The notes beneath the pieces were generated by a model. The model had not been told where the DNA came from. It searched no databases and worked only from the letters and a program-made list of their open reading frames with translations. Below, piece by piece: positions 1-8,897 of a DNA stretch of 64,000 bases. The stretch comes from Bdellovibrionia bacterium (GTDB lineage Bacteria > Bdellovibrionota > Bdellovibrionia > Bdellovibrionales > JAUICD01). The first letter of the stretch is position 1. Every line of letters starts with the position of its first letter. A program made the position numbers and the translations under genes. The DNA lies in NCBI GenBank assembly GCA_030427965.1, contig JAUICD010000001.1:82625-146624 (forward strand), written 5' to 3'.

Positions 1-837
1 ATTGCTGCGTTTCTTGTTATTCGAGTTGCCATGAAGCCCGCCGACCGTGACCACCCTTATGGTCATGGGAAAGCAGAGTATTTTTCTTCTGCATTTGAGG
101 GAGGGTTGATTGCTTTTGCTGCTATGGCAATTTTTGTTGATGCCACTCGTGCTTTGATTCGTGGATATGAAGTTGAAGAAATTGGATTTGGGATTTTTTT
201 GACAAGTGCTACTGGAGTTGTGAATGCTATTTATGGCTGGCACCTGATTCGAGAGGGAAAGAAGTTAAAATCGAGTGCTCTTCAAGCAAGTGGGGCCCAT
301 CTTATTTCTGATTTTGTTACAACGGTGGCAGTTGTTCTAGGGTTGGTGCTTGTGCTTTTGACTAAAATTGTATGGATAGATGCAGTTGTTGCCTATCTTG
401 CTGCTTTAAATCTTCTTTGGTCGGGTCTGAAGATTTTCCGACGTTCCACTGCTGCATTGATGGATGAAGAGGATGATTCATTAATTCGGGAGATTGCAGA
501 TCTTTTTACGAAAAATTTTGTACCGGGAATTATTCGCATTCATGCCACACGTGTTATCCGATCAGGTCGTTATCATCATATTGATTCACATGTTGTGGTT
601 CCTGAGTTTTGGGATATAAAGAAGGCTCACGATATTACGGACAATTTTGAGAAGAGAGTGATTTCAGATTACTCCTATGATGGAGAAGTGCATTTTCATG
701 TCGATCCATGTCGTAGAGCCTATTGTCGGGTGTGTGACCTCAAAGATTGTTCTGTGCGAGAGGAGCCTTTTGAAAAAAGAATTCCTCTTTCGGTAAATGA
801 ATTGATCAATCCCGATGAACCCGATGAATTCTCTTAA
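1..837 (+). CDS. cation diffusion facilitator (CDF) family metal transporter, 5'-truncated by the window edge
   Basis: The frame is open from nt 1 (IAAFLVIRVA precedes the Met at 31). DRDHPYGHGKAEY motif, hydrophobic helices and a C-terminal cytoplasmic domain are typical of FieF/CzcD-type CDF proteins. Confidence 0.8.
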   Translation: MAAFLVIRVAMKPADRDHPYGHGKAEYFSSAFEGGLIAFAAMAIFVDATRALIRGYEVEEIGFGIFLTSATGVVNAIYGWHLIREGKKLKSSALQASGAHLISDFVTTVAVVLGLVLVLLTKIVWIDAVVAYLAALNLLWSGLKIFRRSTAALMDEEDDSLIREIADLFTKNFVPGIIRIHATRVIRSGRYHHIDSHVVVPEFWDIKKAHDITDNFEKRVISDYSYDGEVHFHVDPCRRAYCRVCDLKDCSVREEPFEKRIPLSVNELINPDEPDEFS

Positions 838-919
838 GGTACGAAAGGCGTTAGAGTTAGTTATGAATAGAAACGTTGTACTGGCAAGTTGAGTTCTGAG
901 TTGTGCTCGCTTCTGCAAA

Positions 920-1708
920 TTATTTCTGATAGGCTTTAAGTAGATCCTTTCCTTTTCTTTTTACAAAGAGTCTGAGGAAGGGAGTGAAAATAAAATGAAA
1001 AACATGAACAGATCTGGCTTGTAAGCATGCTAGAAATGTTGGGTAAATAATATTTCCTTTTTTATCCCGAGCTAGCCAAATTTTCTTAGCCACCTTGTTT
1101 GCACTCTCAGAGAGTGAATCAAATTTTTGTGCAGCCTGTGCATTCATTGAGTTTTTAGAGAATTCTGTTGCAATGCCACTGGGACAAAATGCTGTTGCAC
1201 TTACATTTGAATCAGCAAGTTCCAAATTTAAAGCCTTTGTAAAACCCACGACTGCATATTTTGAAGCAATGTAAGATGTCATATAGGGAACTTCCATAGT
1301 TCCAAGTACACTTGCGATATTGAGTATGCGTCCATTTTCTGATTTATGCAGTAAAGGCAAGCAGAGCCTTGTGAGATCACTTAAGGCCATAACATTTAAA
1401 TCATACATGTTTTTAAGATTGGAATATTCTTGATCTTGAAGACGTCCAAACCATCCAAACCCTGCGTTGTTAATCAAATAATCCACTTTGCCGTATTTCT
1501 GTGCTTCGTTTAGAATTTGGTCTCGGACGTTTCTCTCACAAAGATCGCCGGGCACAACACTCACTCGGTCATTTGCAAGAGTTTTGAGCTCTTGTAAGGG
1601 GTCTTCACGTCTTGCGTTCACAATCACTCTGTACCCTTCTTTGATTGCAAACTCTGAAATCAACTTTCCTATTCCACTACTTGCACCTGTTAGAACAACA
1701 ATCATCAC
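920..1708 (-). CDS. short-chain dehydrogenase/reductase (SDR)
   Basis: TGASSGIGK Rossmann motif, NNAG, catalytic YIASK (YxxxK). Its start overlaps the ggt stop by 4 nt. Confidence 0.85.
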   Translation of the reverse strand: MMIVVLTGASSGIGKLISEFAIKEGYRVIVNARREDPLQELKTLANDRVSVVPGDLCERNVRDQILNEAQKYGKVDYLINNAGFGWFGRLQDQEYSNLKNMYDLNVMALSDLTRLCLPLLHKSENGRILNIASVLGTMEVPYMTSYIASKYAVVGFTKALNLELADSNVSATAFCPSGIATEFSKNSMNAQAAQKFDSLSESANKVAKKIWLARDKKGNIIYPTFLACLQARSVHVFHFIFTPFLRLFVKRKGKDLLKAYQK

Positions 1709-3396
1709 TTTCCTCCAGCAGCACCCTCACCGCGTGAATCATAGGCGCCATCTAAGAGGCTATTTGGCCTCCTTTGAACTCCAAAGACCTTTGCTATATC
1801 CCGAGTTTTTATTTCGTGACCCCTGTCTTTGAGTTTTTGAATAATATCAGGGCTAATTCGAATTGGATCTACAAGTGCAATGTTGGGTAAAAATTGGTGA
1901 TGGACACGAGGGGCTTGAATGGCCTGATCGATATTATACCCGGTTACAAGCACTCGGTAGAGTGTTTGCAAGACTGCACTAATAATCAATGGACCACCAC
2001 GAGCGCCCAATGCGAGTACAGCTTTACCGTCTTTTCCAACAATGGTTGGGCTCATGGAACTTAAGGGGCGTTTGCCAGGTTCGACGACATTTCCTTCACC
2101 TTGAATGAGTCCAAACATATTGGGCTCACCTGGGCGTGTTGTGAAATCATCCATTTCGTTATTCAGTGAGATGCCAAATTTATTTGAGAAGACTCCAGAT
2201 CCAAAATTTCCGTTGAGCGTGGTTGTAATTGAAATTGCATTTCCATCTGCATCGATAGCTGCGTAGTGAGTGGTTTCAGTGCTTTCTTCAGAGAGTGTTG
2301 TTTGAGTTGTCGAACTTGAAGTTGTAGAGGAAGGTGTTGGTTTCGGAATGGTTTTCAAAGGCGCAAGTGCCACAGTTTCTGATGTGCTTATAGAGTCATG
2401 CATAGAGTTTAGGTATTCATCAGAAAGAAGATATTCAATTGGGTTCTTATGAAAATCAGGGTCGCCTAAATGAGCTCGTCCTCGAAAAGATCTTGCAAGG
2501 ATTTCGATTAATAGATGTGCCTCTAGACTTGAAAGTGCGGGATAAGTACTAAGCTCTCTTTTTTCTATGAGCTTAAGTGCAGAAGCAATAACGACACCAC
2601 CGCTACTTGGTGGAGGCATTAGATAAACAGTGTGATTTTTGAATCTTGTTTCAATAGGTTTCAACCAACGAACTTTGTAATCTTTCAGATCTTTGAGAGA
2701 CATAACACCGCCACCTTTTGATAGTGTGTTGACTATGTCTTTTGCAACTGGGCCCTTGTAGAATCCGTTTGTTCTGTATTTTTGAATTCGAGTGAGAGTA
2801 GTGGCAAGTCCGTTTTGTTTAAACATATCCCCGGGTTTTTTGATTTCACCGTTTTTATTGAGAAAAAGCTCCTGCCCTTTTTCATTGAAGCGTTTAAAAT
2901 TAGAATTCAGCGTTTCATTCATGACTCTAGAGACAATGACCCCTTTTTGAGCAAGTTGAATAGCTGGGTTTAAAAGCTTAGACCATTTCATTTTACCGTA
3001 TTTTTTATGTAGTGCGTGTAAGCCAGCGACAACCCCTGGAACGCCTACGGCATTTGATCCATTCACTGAGGCATCTTTTGCTTTGTCTAGATAAAATGTG
3101 GGATTGGTTTTAAGGGGTGCCATTTCTCTAAAATCCAGAACTTCTGTTTTAGTGCCAATTTTGATCATGGCAAATCCACCGCCGCCAAGAGACCCGCTTT
3201 GTGGGTGAGATACGGAAAGTGCAAATCCAGTTGCCACCGCAACATCGACAATGTTTCCGCCTTGAGACGCAATCTGTTGGCCCGCCCAAACAGCTTGGGG
3301 GGATTCGCTTGAAATCATGATCTTTTGAGATGTGTTGGGGACAGCAAAACAAAATTGACCAAATAAAAATAGGGTTGAAAAGAACAGGTATCTCAT
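1705..3396 (-). CDS. ggt: gamma-glutamyltranspeptidase
   Basis: N-terminal signal peptide. Autoprocessing/catalytic Thr context ETTHYAAIDADGNAISITTTLN and GGP/MDDF-type motifs of the GGT family. A Ser/Thr-rich insert precedes the cleavage site. Confidence 0.9.
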   Translation of the reverse strand: MRYLFFSTLFLFGQFCFAVPNTSQKIMISSESPQAVWAGQQIASQGGNIVDVAVATGFALSVSHPQSGSLGGGGFAMIKIGTKTEVLDFREMAPLKTNPTFYLDKAKDASVNGSNAVGVPGVVAGLHALHKKYGKMKWSKLLNPAIQLAQKGVIVSRVMNETLNSNFKRFNEKGQELFLNKNGEIKKPGDMFKQNGLATTLTRIQKYRTNGFYKGPVAKDIVNTLSKGGGVMSLKDLKDYKVRWLKPIETRFKNHTVYLMPPPSSGGVVIASALKLIEKRELSTYPALSSLEAHLLIEILARSFRGRAHLGDPDFHKNPIEYLLSDEYLNSMHDSISTSETVALAPLKTIPKPTPSSTTSSSTTQTTLSEESTETTHYAAIDADGNAISITTTLNGNFGSGVFSNKFGISLNNEMDDFTTRPGEPNMFGLIQGEGNVVEPGKRPLSSMSPTIVGKDGKAVLALGARGGPLIISAVLQTLYRVLVTGYNIDQAIQAPRVHHQFLPNIALVDPIRISPDIIQKLKDRGHEIKTRDIAKVFGVQRRPNSLLDGAYDSRGEGAAGGK

Positions 3397-3426
3397 TTGG
3401 ACTCCTTACTGGGGTATAGAGTCCAA
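3397..3426 (-). promoter_or_regulatory. 8-bp perfect inverted repeat abutting the ggt start codon and overlapping its Shine-Dalgarno
   Basis: Plus strand reads TTGGACTC (3397-3404), 14 nt, GAGTCCAA (3419-3426). On the mRNA the 3' arm GAGTCCAA contains part of AAGGAG and ends directly before the ATG (3396). Confidence 0.45.
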
Positions 3427-3538
3427 TCTATTTCAATCAAATTGGATGTCAAACATAGCTCTAATTTGAGTCGAAAAGATGGGCTGCAGTAGAATTTGAT
3501 CTTCTTCCATGCCAGAGGCGCAAACCCATTTCTTCTTT

Positions 3539-3958
3539 TTACTGTTTTGGCTTAAATTCTGCGACGTTGTCGGCAACAGTCTCTTCTGCGGGGGGTTCTG
3601 GAGAAGGGGGGGAAGTTTCATTTACAGATTCTGTTGTTTCAACAGGTTTGGCCTTAGCAACCTTTGCTTCGATCACTTCTTTTCGATACTGAACAAATCC
3701 ATCAATAAGCTTGTTTTCACCGATGCGGCTCTTCAATTTTTCAATAGCTTTTTCTGTTTTTTCAGATTCCATTAGAGGAGCGATGTACTCATGTACGAGA
3801 TCACTTGTTTTGGATTGTTCCACAAGCGCCTTTGCAGTGACTTCAACTGTCGCACGGGTTGTTTGGAGTTTTTCTTGTACATCTTTCTTGATTTGCTCGC
3901 GATTGTTCCAAGTGTTTTTGAGCTGTTCAATAATCTCATCACGTTTTGAAGTGTTCAT
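3539..3958 (-). CDS. hypothetical charged coiled-coil protein with Pro/Glu-rich C-terminus
   Basis: Start set at MNTSKRDE (ATG 3958), preceded by GGGAGG. K/E-rich heptad-like sequence. No family recognised; phasin-like is only a guess. Confidence 0.5.
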   Translation of the reverse strand: MNTSKRDEIIEQLKNTWNNREQIKKDVQEKLQTTRATVEVTAKALVEQSKTSDLVHEYIAPLMESEKTEKAIEKLKSRIGENKLIDGFVQYRKEVIEAKVAKAKPVETTESVNETSPPSPEPPAEETVADNVAEFKPKQ

Positions 3959-4130
3959 TTTAACCTCCCGCCCCTTTGGCATATTCTAAAATGAGCTAAA
4001 CCCATGAAAATTCAAGAGACTCATAGATGATTGTAAATATAACACACAATACCATCACTGTTTTTGGCTCACTTGTTACTTTTCTTCCGCTCTGTTACCC
4101 ATCTTCTTTTAAGCTGTAAAAAAGGAGCCG

Positions 4131-4814
4131 TTGCTATCAATGGAAAGGTCAGAGGGTTTTCGTGAAGAACTCAATCCATACATAGGCCTGATGAAGGGCA
4201 GGTGGGGGGAGTATACCTCGGAGATGAAAGATGCCAAAGAGTTCAAAGGAAGTTGGCGCACTCGTCTTGGCGGTACAGAGATCTCTCCACTGGATCTGGA
4301 AATTGGAACTGGCAATGGGTATTTTTTTGAACACCAATCAGTGAGCAATCCAAACCGCTTGTTGATCGGAGTTGAAAAAAAATACAAACCTCTTGTTCAA
4401 TCCATAAAACGAGCCCGTACAAGTGGTGCAGAGAATTGTCATATTATTCAAGGGGACGCTGAACTTTTGGATGAGTGCTTTGAGTGCGAAGAGATCGACA
4501 ATATTTATTTTCATTTTCCCGATCCTTGGCCAAAAAGAAAGCAAAGGAAAAACCGTCTAATTGATATTGGTTTTGTTAATACACTTTTTTCACTTCAAAA
4601 AGATGGTGGGTTTTTAGACTTTAAGACAGACAACTTAGATTACTTTGAATGGGCTCATGAAAGAATTGTTCGAAGTCCCTATCGAATTGAAAGGCTTTCC
4701 CGGAATTTGCATGAATCAAAGTGGGTTGATGAAAACTTTGAAACCCACTTTGAAAAGCTTTGGGTAAGTAAAGGCTTAAAAATCAATTACATTAGAGCTT
4801 ACAAAAGACTTTAG
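4131..4814 (+). CDS. trmB: tRNA (guanine-N7)-methyltransferase
   Basis: LEIGTGNGYF SAM-binding motif and FHFPDPWPKRKQRKNRL signature. AAAGGAG lies at 4121-4127. The start is TTG 4131 or ATG 4140. Confidence 0.88.
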   Translation: MLSMERSEGFREELNPYIGLMKGRWGEYTSEMKDAKEFKGSWRTRLGGTEISPLDLEIGTGNGYFFEHQSVSNPNRLLIGVEKKYKPLVQSIKRARTSGAENCHIIQGDAELLDECFECEEIDNIYFHFPDPWPKRKQRKNRLIDIGFVNTLFSLQKDGGFLDFKTDNLDYFEWAHERIVRSPYRIERLSRNLHESKWVDENFETHFEKLWVSKGLKINYIRAYKRL

Positions 4815-4823
4815 TGTGTGATT

Positions 4824-4860
4824 TGGCTTTTGTCTCTCCAAGAGACAAGCCACGCTTTTT
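4824..4860 (+). terminator. rho-independent terminator after trmB
   Basis: About 12-bp interrupted stem TGGCTT..TGTCTCT / AGAGACA AGCCA with loop CCA, followed by CGCTTTTT. Confidence 0.7.
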
Positions 4861-4917
4861 GCAAGCAACAAGTGTTTTAGCGCTTATAAAGTAAAGTGCC
4901 TTTGTGCTTCAGCATAT

Positions 4918-6246
4918 TCAATCCATAGAGCAATCTGGATCTCCTGTAAGACCTCCGTTCTTCAATTGAAACTGTTTTCCAAAATTTGTTGTCAATTGGA
5001 TTTTGCTAAATTCAAATTTATTTTCATCATCTGAAATACTTGCGTGATAAAGAGTGATGGGCTTTGACCCTAAAAACTGAAATATTCCACAAACGTGATC
5101 GTTTCTTCGTGCTTTTCGAGATACTTTTTTAGGCGGAACAATTTTGACGTCAATAACAGTGCTTTCAAGGGGTTCGATTTTGGCGACAGCGAAACTTCCA
5201 GATTTATTTGAAACACTTTCCCAAGACCTTGATGGAGAAATTTCGTAGCTGACTTTGTGTTTTAAAAACTCAAGTGGGAAATCCCCTAAAGGGTCTTTGA
5301 TATGTATTACAGGAGAGGGCTCATTGGTTTTTTGAGCAATGTAAATAGGATAGGTATTTGGGTTTTCTACATAAATTCGGCCGAGTTTAACAACTCCAAG
5401 TTTGGATCGAAAAAGGATATGGAAATCAGAATCAAATGAAACATTCAATCGAGGTTTTGGTAGTTGGTAATCAAATTCAGATCCAACAGCGAGAAGTGTG
5501 TCATTTTGTAAGATAAGGGTTTGGCAAAGAAGGTTTTTTCGCCCTAAGGGAAGAGGGTTTTGGGCGAGCGATTGTGGGTTTAGTAGTTCAGATAAATTTA
5601 TTTCATGTTTTCCACTCCACTGCACTGTTTGACTCCAAATGCTGCAGTCGATTGTCACATGTGATGGGTTTTTTACGAGAGATTTGGGGAGTGTCCACAG
5701 GTGACGTTGACTATGAAAGATGTTCTTATCTTGATTGGCATTTTGATTTTCCCAAAGCTGTTCTCTTAGCATATCAATAAGTTGAATATTTGAAAGGGAG
5801 TATTGTTTGGTGGAGCCTGTTTTGTTTGAAATTGTTATATGAACTCTGCAATTGGTTTGGGGAAGATACTCTTTGTTTTTTATTTCGACAATTTGCTTTG
5901 GAAGACTTGAAAGAACTAGAAAATTTGAAGAGTTAAATTGAGTTTCTTTTTCATATGTTGAATCACTTAGGTTGCAAATGGATCGCGTATAAATTTTTGT
6001 GATGTTTATGTCGATTTCACCGTTTTCTGGGTTTCGAAATTCAACAAGATCGCTGAGATGGGGGTTGGATAGACGAATGGAATTGGCATTATTTTTTTCG
6101 TTTGAAGGTACAATTATGAGATCTGGCTTTTTCCAAGTGTCGACTTTTGTTTCAGATTCATTTCCAGAATCTTTGTCCGAAGAGCAGGATATCAATCCGA
6201 ACACTAAGACTAAAAGTAAGCTAATTGATAGTGATTTTGATTTCAT
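4918..6246 (-). CDS. hypothetical lipoprotein
   Basis: Signal peptide with lipobox (LVFGLISCSS). No recognisable catalytic motifs. Confidence 0.6.
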   Translation of the reverse strand: MKSKSLSISLLLVLVFGLISCSSDKDSGNESETKVDTWKKPDLIIVPSNEKNNANSIRLSNPHLSDLVEFRNPENGEIDINITKIYTRSICNLSDSTYEKETQFNSSNFLVLSSLPKQIVEIKNKEYLPQTNCRVHITISNKTGSTKQYSLSNIQLIDMLREQLWENQNANQDKNIFHSQRHLWTLPKSLVKNPSHVTIDCSIWSQTVQWSGKHEINLSELLNPQSLAQNPLPLGRKNLLCQTLILQNDTLLAVGSEFDYQLPKPRLNVSFDSDFHILFRSKLGVVKLGRIYVENPNTYPIYIAQKTNEPSPVIHIKDPLGDFPLEFLKHKVSYEISPSRSWESVSNKSGSFAVAKIEPLESTVIDVKIVPPKKVSRKARRNDHVCGIFQFLGSKPITLYHASISDDENKFEFSKIQLTTNFGKQFQLKNGGLTGDPDCSMD

Positions 6247-6295
6247 TTTGTTCTCCCTTTTTCTGGGAGCTTAGAAAGCAAGTTGAATGCCAATT

Positions 6296-6583
6296 TTACC
6301 AGTAAGGAGCGTCGATGAGGATGTCACCCAAAACTTCAGTCTGACAACTTACGCGTTCAAATTTGGAGAGATCATGAATTTCTCTAAGGTCGTCTTCCAA
6401 TTCGTTTGGGCGGCTTAAATTTTCCCGCCCTGTGACGATATGAAGAACACACTTGATACAAACCCCTTCCCCTCCACATGAGCTTGCCACAGGAATTTCA
6501 GCAGCATTGAGTGCTTCAAACAAATTGGCTCCCTTAGGAACTTCTATGGGGTCTCTTTCTTTTTTAAATCGAATCCACGGCAT
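6296..6583 (-). CDS. [2Fe-2S] ferredoxin
   Basis: Cys pattern C-x5-C-x2-C (SSCGGEGVCIKC) plus a distal Cys (VSCQ), as in adrenodoxin-type 2Fe-2S ferredoxins. Confidence 0.8.
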   Translation of the reverse strand: MPWIRFKKERDPIEVPKGANLFEALNAAEIPVASSCGGEGVCIKCVLHIVTGRENLSRPNELEDDLREIHDLSKFERVSCQTEVLGDILIDAPYW

Positions 6584-6637
6584 AATGTTTGTCTCTTAGT
6601 TCTCCTAAAATTACTACCACCGTGGTAGAGGATAGAC

Positions 6638-7327
6638 ATGGAAAAAGTGGCGATATTAGGCGCAAGTCGCGGTCTTGGGGCAGCAATAGCTCATAAACTG
6701 GTCGAAACCCAAGATCCAGGTGCTTTACTATTGGTGTCGAGAAAAAGTGGGCTGCTATCAAAAGTTTGCGACACCCTGGGTCGGGGAGGTTGGAATCTTA
6801 CATTTCGATCTCATGATTTGAGTTGCCGAGACAGTTGGTTGGATCTTTTGGAGTTTTTAAAAGAGTTTGAACCCACTCGTATCGTATACACGGCAGGTGG
6901 CGGACCTTTTGGATCTTACTTTGATAAAAAATGGCTCGCACATGAATGGACTTACCGTGTGAATTTTTTGACTCCAAGCTTTTTAATGCACAATTGGATC
7001 ACATTTTTAAACCTTAAGCAGATGGTTTTTGTTGGTTCTGATATTGCTGAAAGCCAGCCTGACCCATACTCAGCAAGCTACAGCGCTTCTAAACATGCTC
7101 TACTTGGCTTGATTTCTTCTATTCGTGCCGGAGAAGACGAGAAAAGAGATATTCGACTTTTTAGTCCAACTTATTTGGATACAGATTTATTACCGGAATC
7201 CTCTTGGCCAAGAGAGAAGGGGCTTGTTCAAGATTTGGATGTTGCAGTCCAAGATTTCGTTCCTTGGATGATGCAAGAGACTGACCAATGGCACCGTGTT
7301 TTTCGACCCCAAAGTGATTTAGTCTAG
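6638..7327 (+). CDS. SDR-family oxidoreductase
   Basis: ILGASRGLGAAIA glycine-rich motif and YSASK catalytic motif. Confidence 0.75.
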   Translation: MEKVAILGASRGLGAAIAHKLVETQDPGALLLVSRKSGLLSKVCDTLGRGGWNLTFRSHDLSCRDSWLDLLEFLKEFEPTRIVYTAGGGPFGSYFDKKWLAHEWTYRVNFLTPSFLMHNWITFLNLKQMVFVGSDIAESQPDPYSASYSASKHALLGLISSIRAGEDEKRDIRLFSPTYLDTDLLPESSWPREKGLVQDLDVAVQDFVPWMMQETDQWHRVFRPQSDLV

Positions 7328-7375
7328 AGCAGATTTTGAAATGAGGACATGCCCTTAAAATCTTCAGGAGGCCTT

Positions 7376-8302
7376 ATGGCAGAAAAGGTAATTATAATTG
7401 GATCAGGTCCAGCGGGATTGACCGCAGCAATTTATACGGCTCGTGCAAACTTAGAACCACTCTGCATTGAAGGGGAAGAGCCTGGTGGACAATTGATGAT
7501 CACTTCCGATGTTGAGAATTATCCAGGTTTTGCTGAGGGTATCACTGGCCCTGCTTTGATGGAAATTCAGAGAAAGCAGGCTGAAAGGTTTGGAACAAAA
7601 TTTATCACGGCAAATGTAACCAAAGTGGATTTTTCAAGTCGGCCATTCAAAGTTTGGGTGGGAGATAAAGAATATCAATCTCACTCTATTATTATAAGTA
7701 CTGGAGCAACAGCGAAGTACCTTGGCTTGGAATCTGAGAAAAAACTTATGGGCCGAGGAGTGTCTGCATGTGCAACATGTGATGGAGCATTTTTTAAAAA
7801 TGTAGAAGTCGCTGTTGTTGGTGGTGGAGATACTGCGATGGAAGAGGCGACTTTTTTGACTCGTTTTGCAACCAAGGTTCATATTTTACATAGGCGTGAA
7901 GAGTTTCGAGCTTCAAAAATTATGGCAGATCGAGCACTTCAACACCCTAAAATACAAGTTCATTGGAACACAGAAGTGGTTGAAGTGCTTGGTGACAAAG
8001 CTGTGAATCAGTTGAAGCTAAATAATACAAAAGATGGGTCAAAAAGCACTTTGGATGTTGAGGGCCTCTTTATAGCAATTGGGCATAAGCCAAATACTTC
8101 AATATTTGAAGGGCAATTGGATATGAATGAAACAGGATATTTGGTGACTCAACCTGATTCGACATACACTTCAGTCGAGGGGGTTTTTGCGGCAGGCGAT
8201 GTGCAAGACCATGTCTATAGACAAGCTGTGACAGCTGCAGGTACAGGGTGTATGGCTGCAATCGATGCAGAAAGGTGGCTTGAAGCCAAAGAGATTGGAT
8301 GA
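7376..8302 (+). CDS. trxB: thioredoxin-disulfide reductase
   Basis: GSGPAG FAD motif, redox-active CATCDG, GGGDTAMEEA NADPH motif. Start chosen at MAEKVIIIG (ATG 7376) after AGGAGG at 7366-7371. Confidence 0.92.
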   Translation: MAEKVIIIGSGPAGLTAAIYTARANLEPLCIEGEEPGGQLMITSDVENYPGFAEGITGPALMEIQRKQAERFGTKFITANVTKVDFSSRPFKVWVGDKEYQSHSIIISTGATAKYLGLESEKKLMGRGVSACATCDGAFFKNVEVAVVGGGDTAMEEATFLTRFATKVHILHRREEFRASKIMADRALQHPKIQVHWNTEVVEVLGDKAVNQLKLNNTKDGSKSTLDVEGLFIAIGHKPNTSIFEGQLDMNETGYLVTQPDSTYTSVEGVFAAGDVQDHVYRQAVTAAGTGCMAAIDAERWLEAKEIG

Positions 8303-8802
8303 GCCAAAAAAACTTAAGTATCAAAGGTGTTGTAGAAAAAATTGAAAAAATGGCAAAAGCTCGGATGTCTGAGCAAGATGTTGTTTCGCTTGATAAATTT
8401 CGTGGCTTAAAAGATAAAAATAGCCCGAAGCACATCCTACTTATTGATGATGACCCTACGGTTCGAAAATCTTTGGTTCGAGCTCTTGAAAAAGACAACT
8501 ATAAGGTTTTGGCTATAGAAGATGGAACACGTCTTTCAGAGGTCTTGGACCCTAGTATTCCAATAGATTTTATTATTCTAGATATAGGGCTTCCTTGGTT
8601 GGATGGTTATGAACTCGCCTCTGTTTTGAAAGAAAGTGAAGAGCTTGAAGATATTCCTATGATTTTTCTATCTGGGCGCAAGGAAGAGGACGACGTGAAG
8701 CGTGGCTTTGAGGCAGGAGCAGATGATTATATCAAAAAGCCCTTTGACTTGAAGCAACTTAAAAAAACTATTGAAACGCTAATTTCATTGAGAGAGTCGT
8801 AG
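8299..8802 (+). CDS. single-domain response regulator (CheY-like receiver with about 55-aa N-terminal extension)
   Basis: Receiver motifs: DDD acidic pocket, phospho-acceptor context IILDIGLP, FLSG, KKPF. No output domain. ATGA overlap with the trxB stop. Confidence 0.85.
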   Translation: MSQKNLSIKGVVEKIEKMAKARMSEQDVVSLDKFRGLKDKNSPKHILLIDDDPTVRKSLVRALEKDNYKVLAIEDGTRLSEVLDPSIPIDFIILDIGLPWLDGYELASVLKESEELEDIPMIFLSGRKEEDDVKRGFEAGADDYIKKPFDLKQLKKTIETLISLRES

Positions 8803-8889
8803 ATGATATTAACCAACATAGAAATTGTTCCAAACGAAACAATTGAGGAACATTATGGATTTGTTCAGGGAAGTTTAAAAGCAAGATAA
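8803..8889 (+). pseudogene. truncated remnant of a YbjQ/UPF0145-family gene (28 codons)
   Basis: ATG 8803 immediately follows the regulator stop. Translation is MILTNIEIVPNETIEEHYGFVQGSLKAR-stop. It resembles the N-terminus of about 105-aa YbjQ-family proteins (M..TT..ieG..I.eylG.V.G) and stops early at 8887-8889. Confidence 0.4.
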
Positions 8890-8897
8890 GAAGTTGG

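Noticed and set aside
3509-3989. Plus-strand ORFs 3509-3775 and 3711-3989, opposite the coiled-coil protein gene.
   Set aside because: These are Phe/Cys/Ser-rich mirror frames of a K/E-rich gene that has a strong GGGAGG RBS. They were judged to be shadow ORFs.
8070-8498. 142-aa minus-strand ORF spanning the trxB / response-regulator junction.
   Set aside because: It is antisense to two strongly motif-supported genes, has low-complexity Ser/Phe/Leu-rich translation, and has no RBS. This is a typical shadow ORF.
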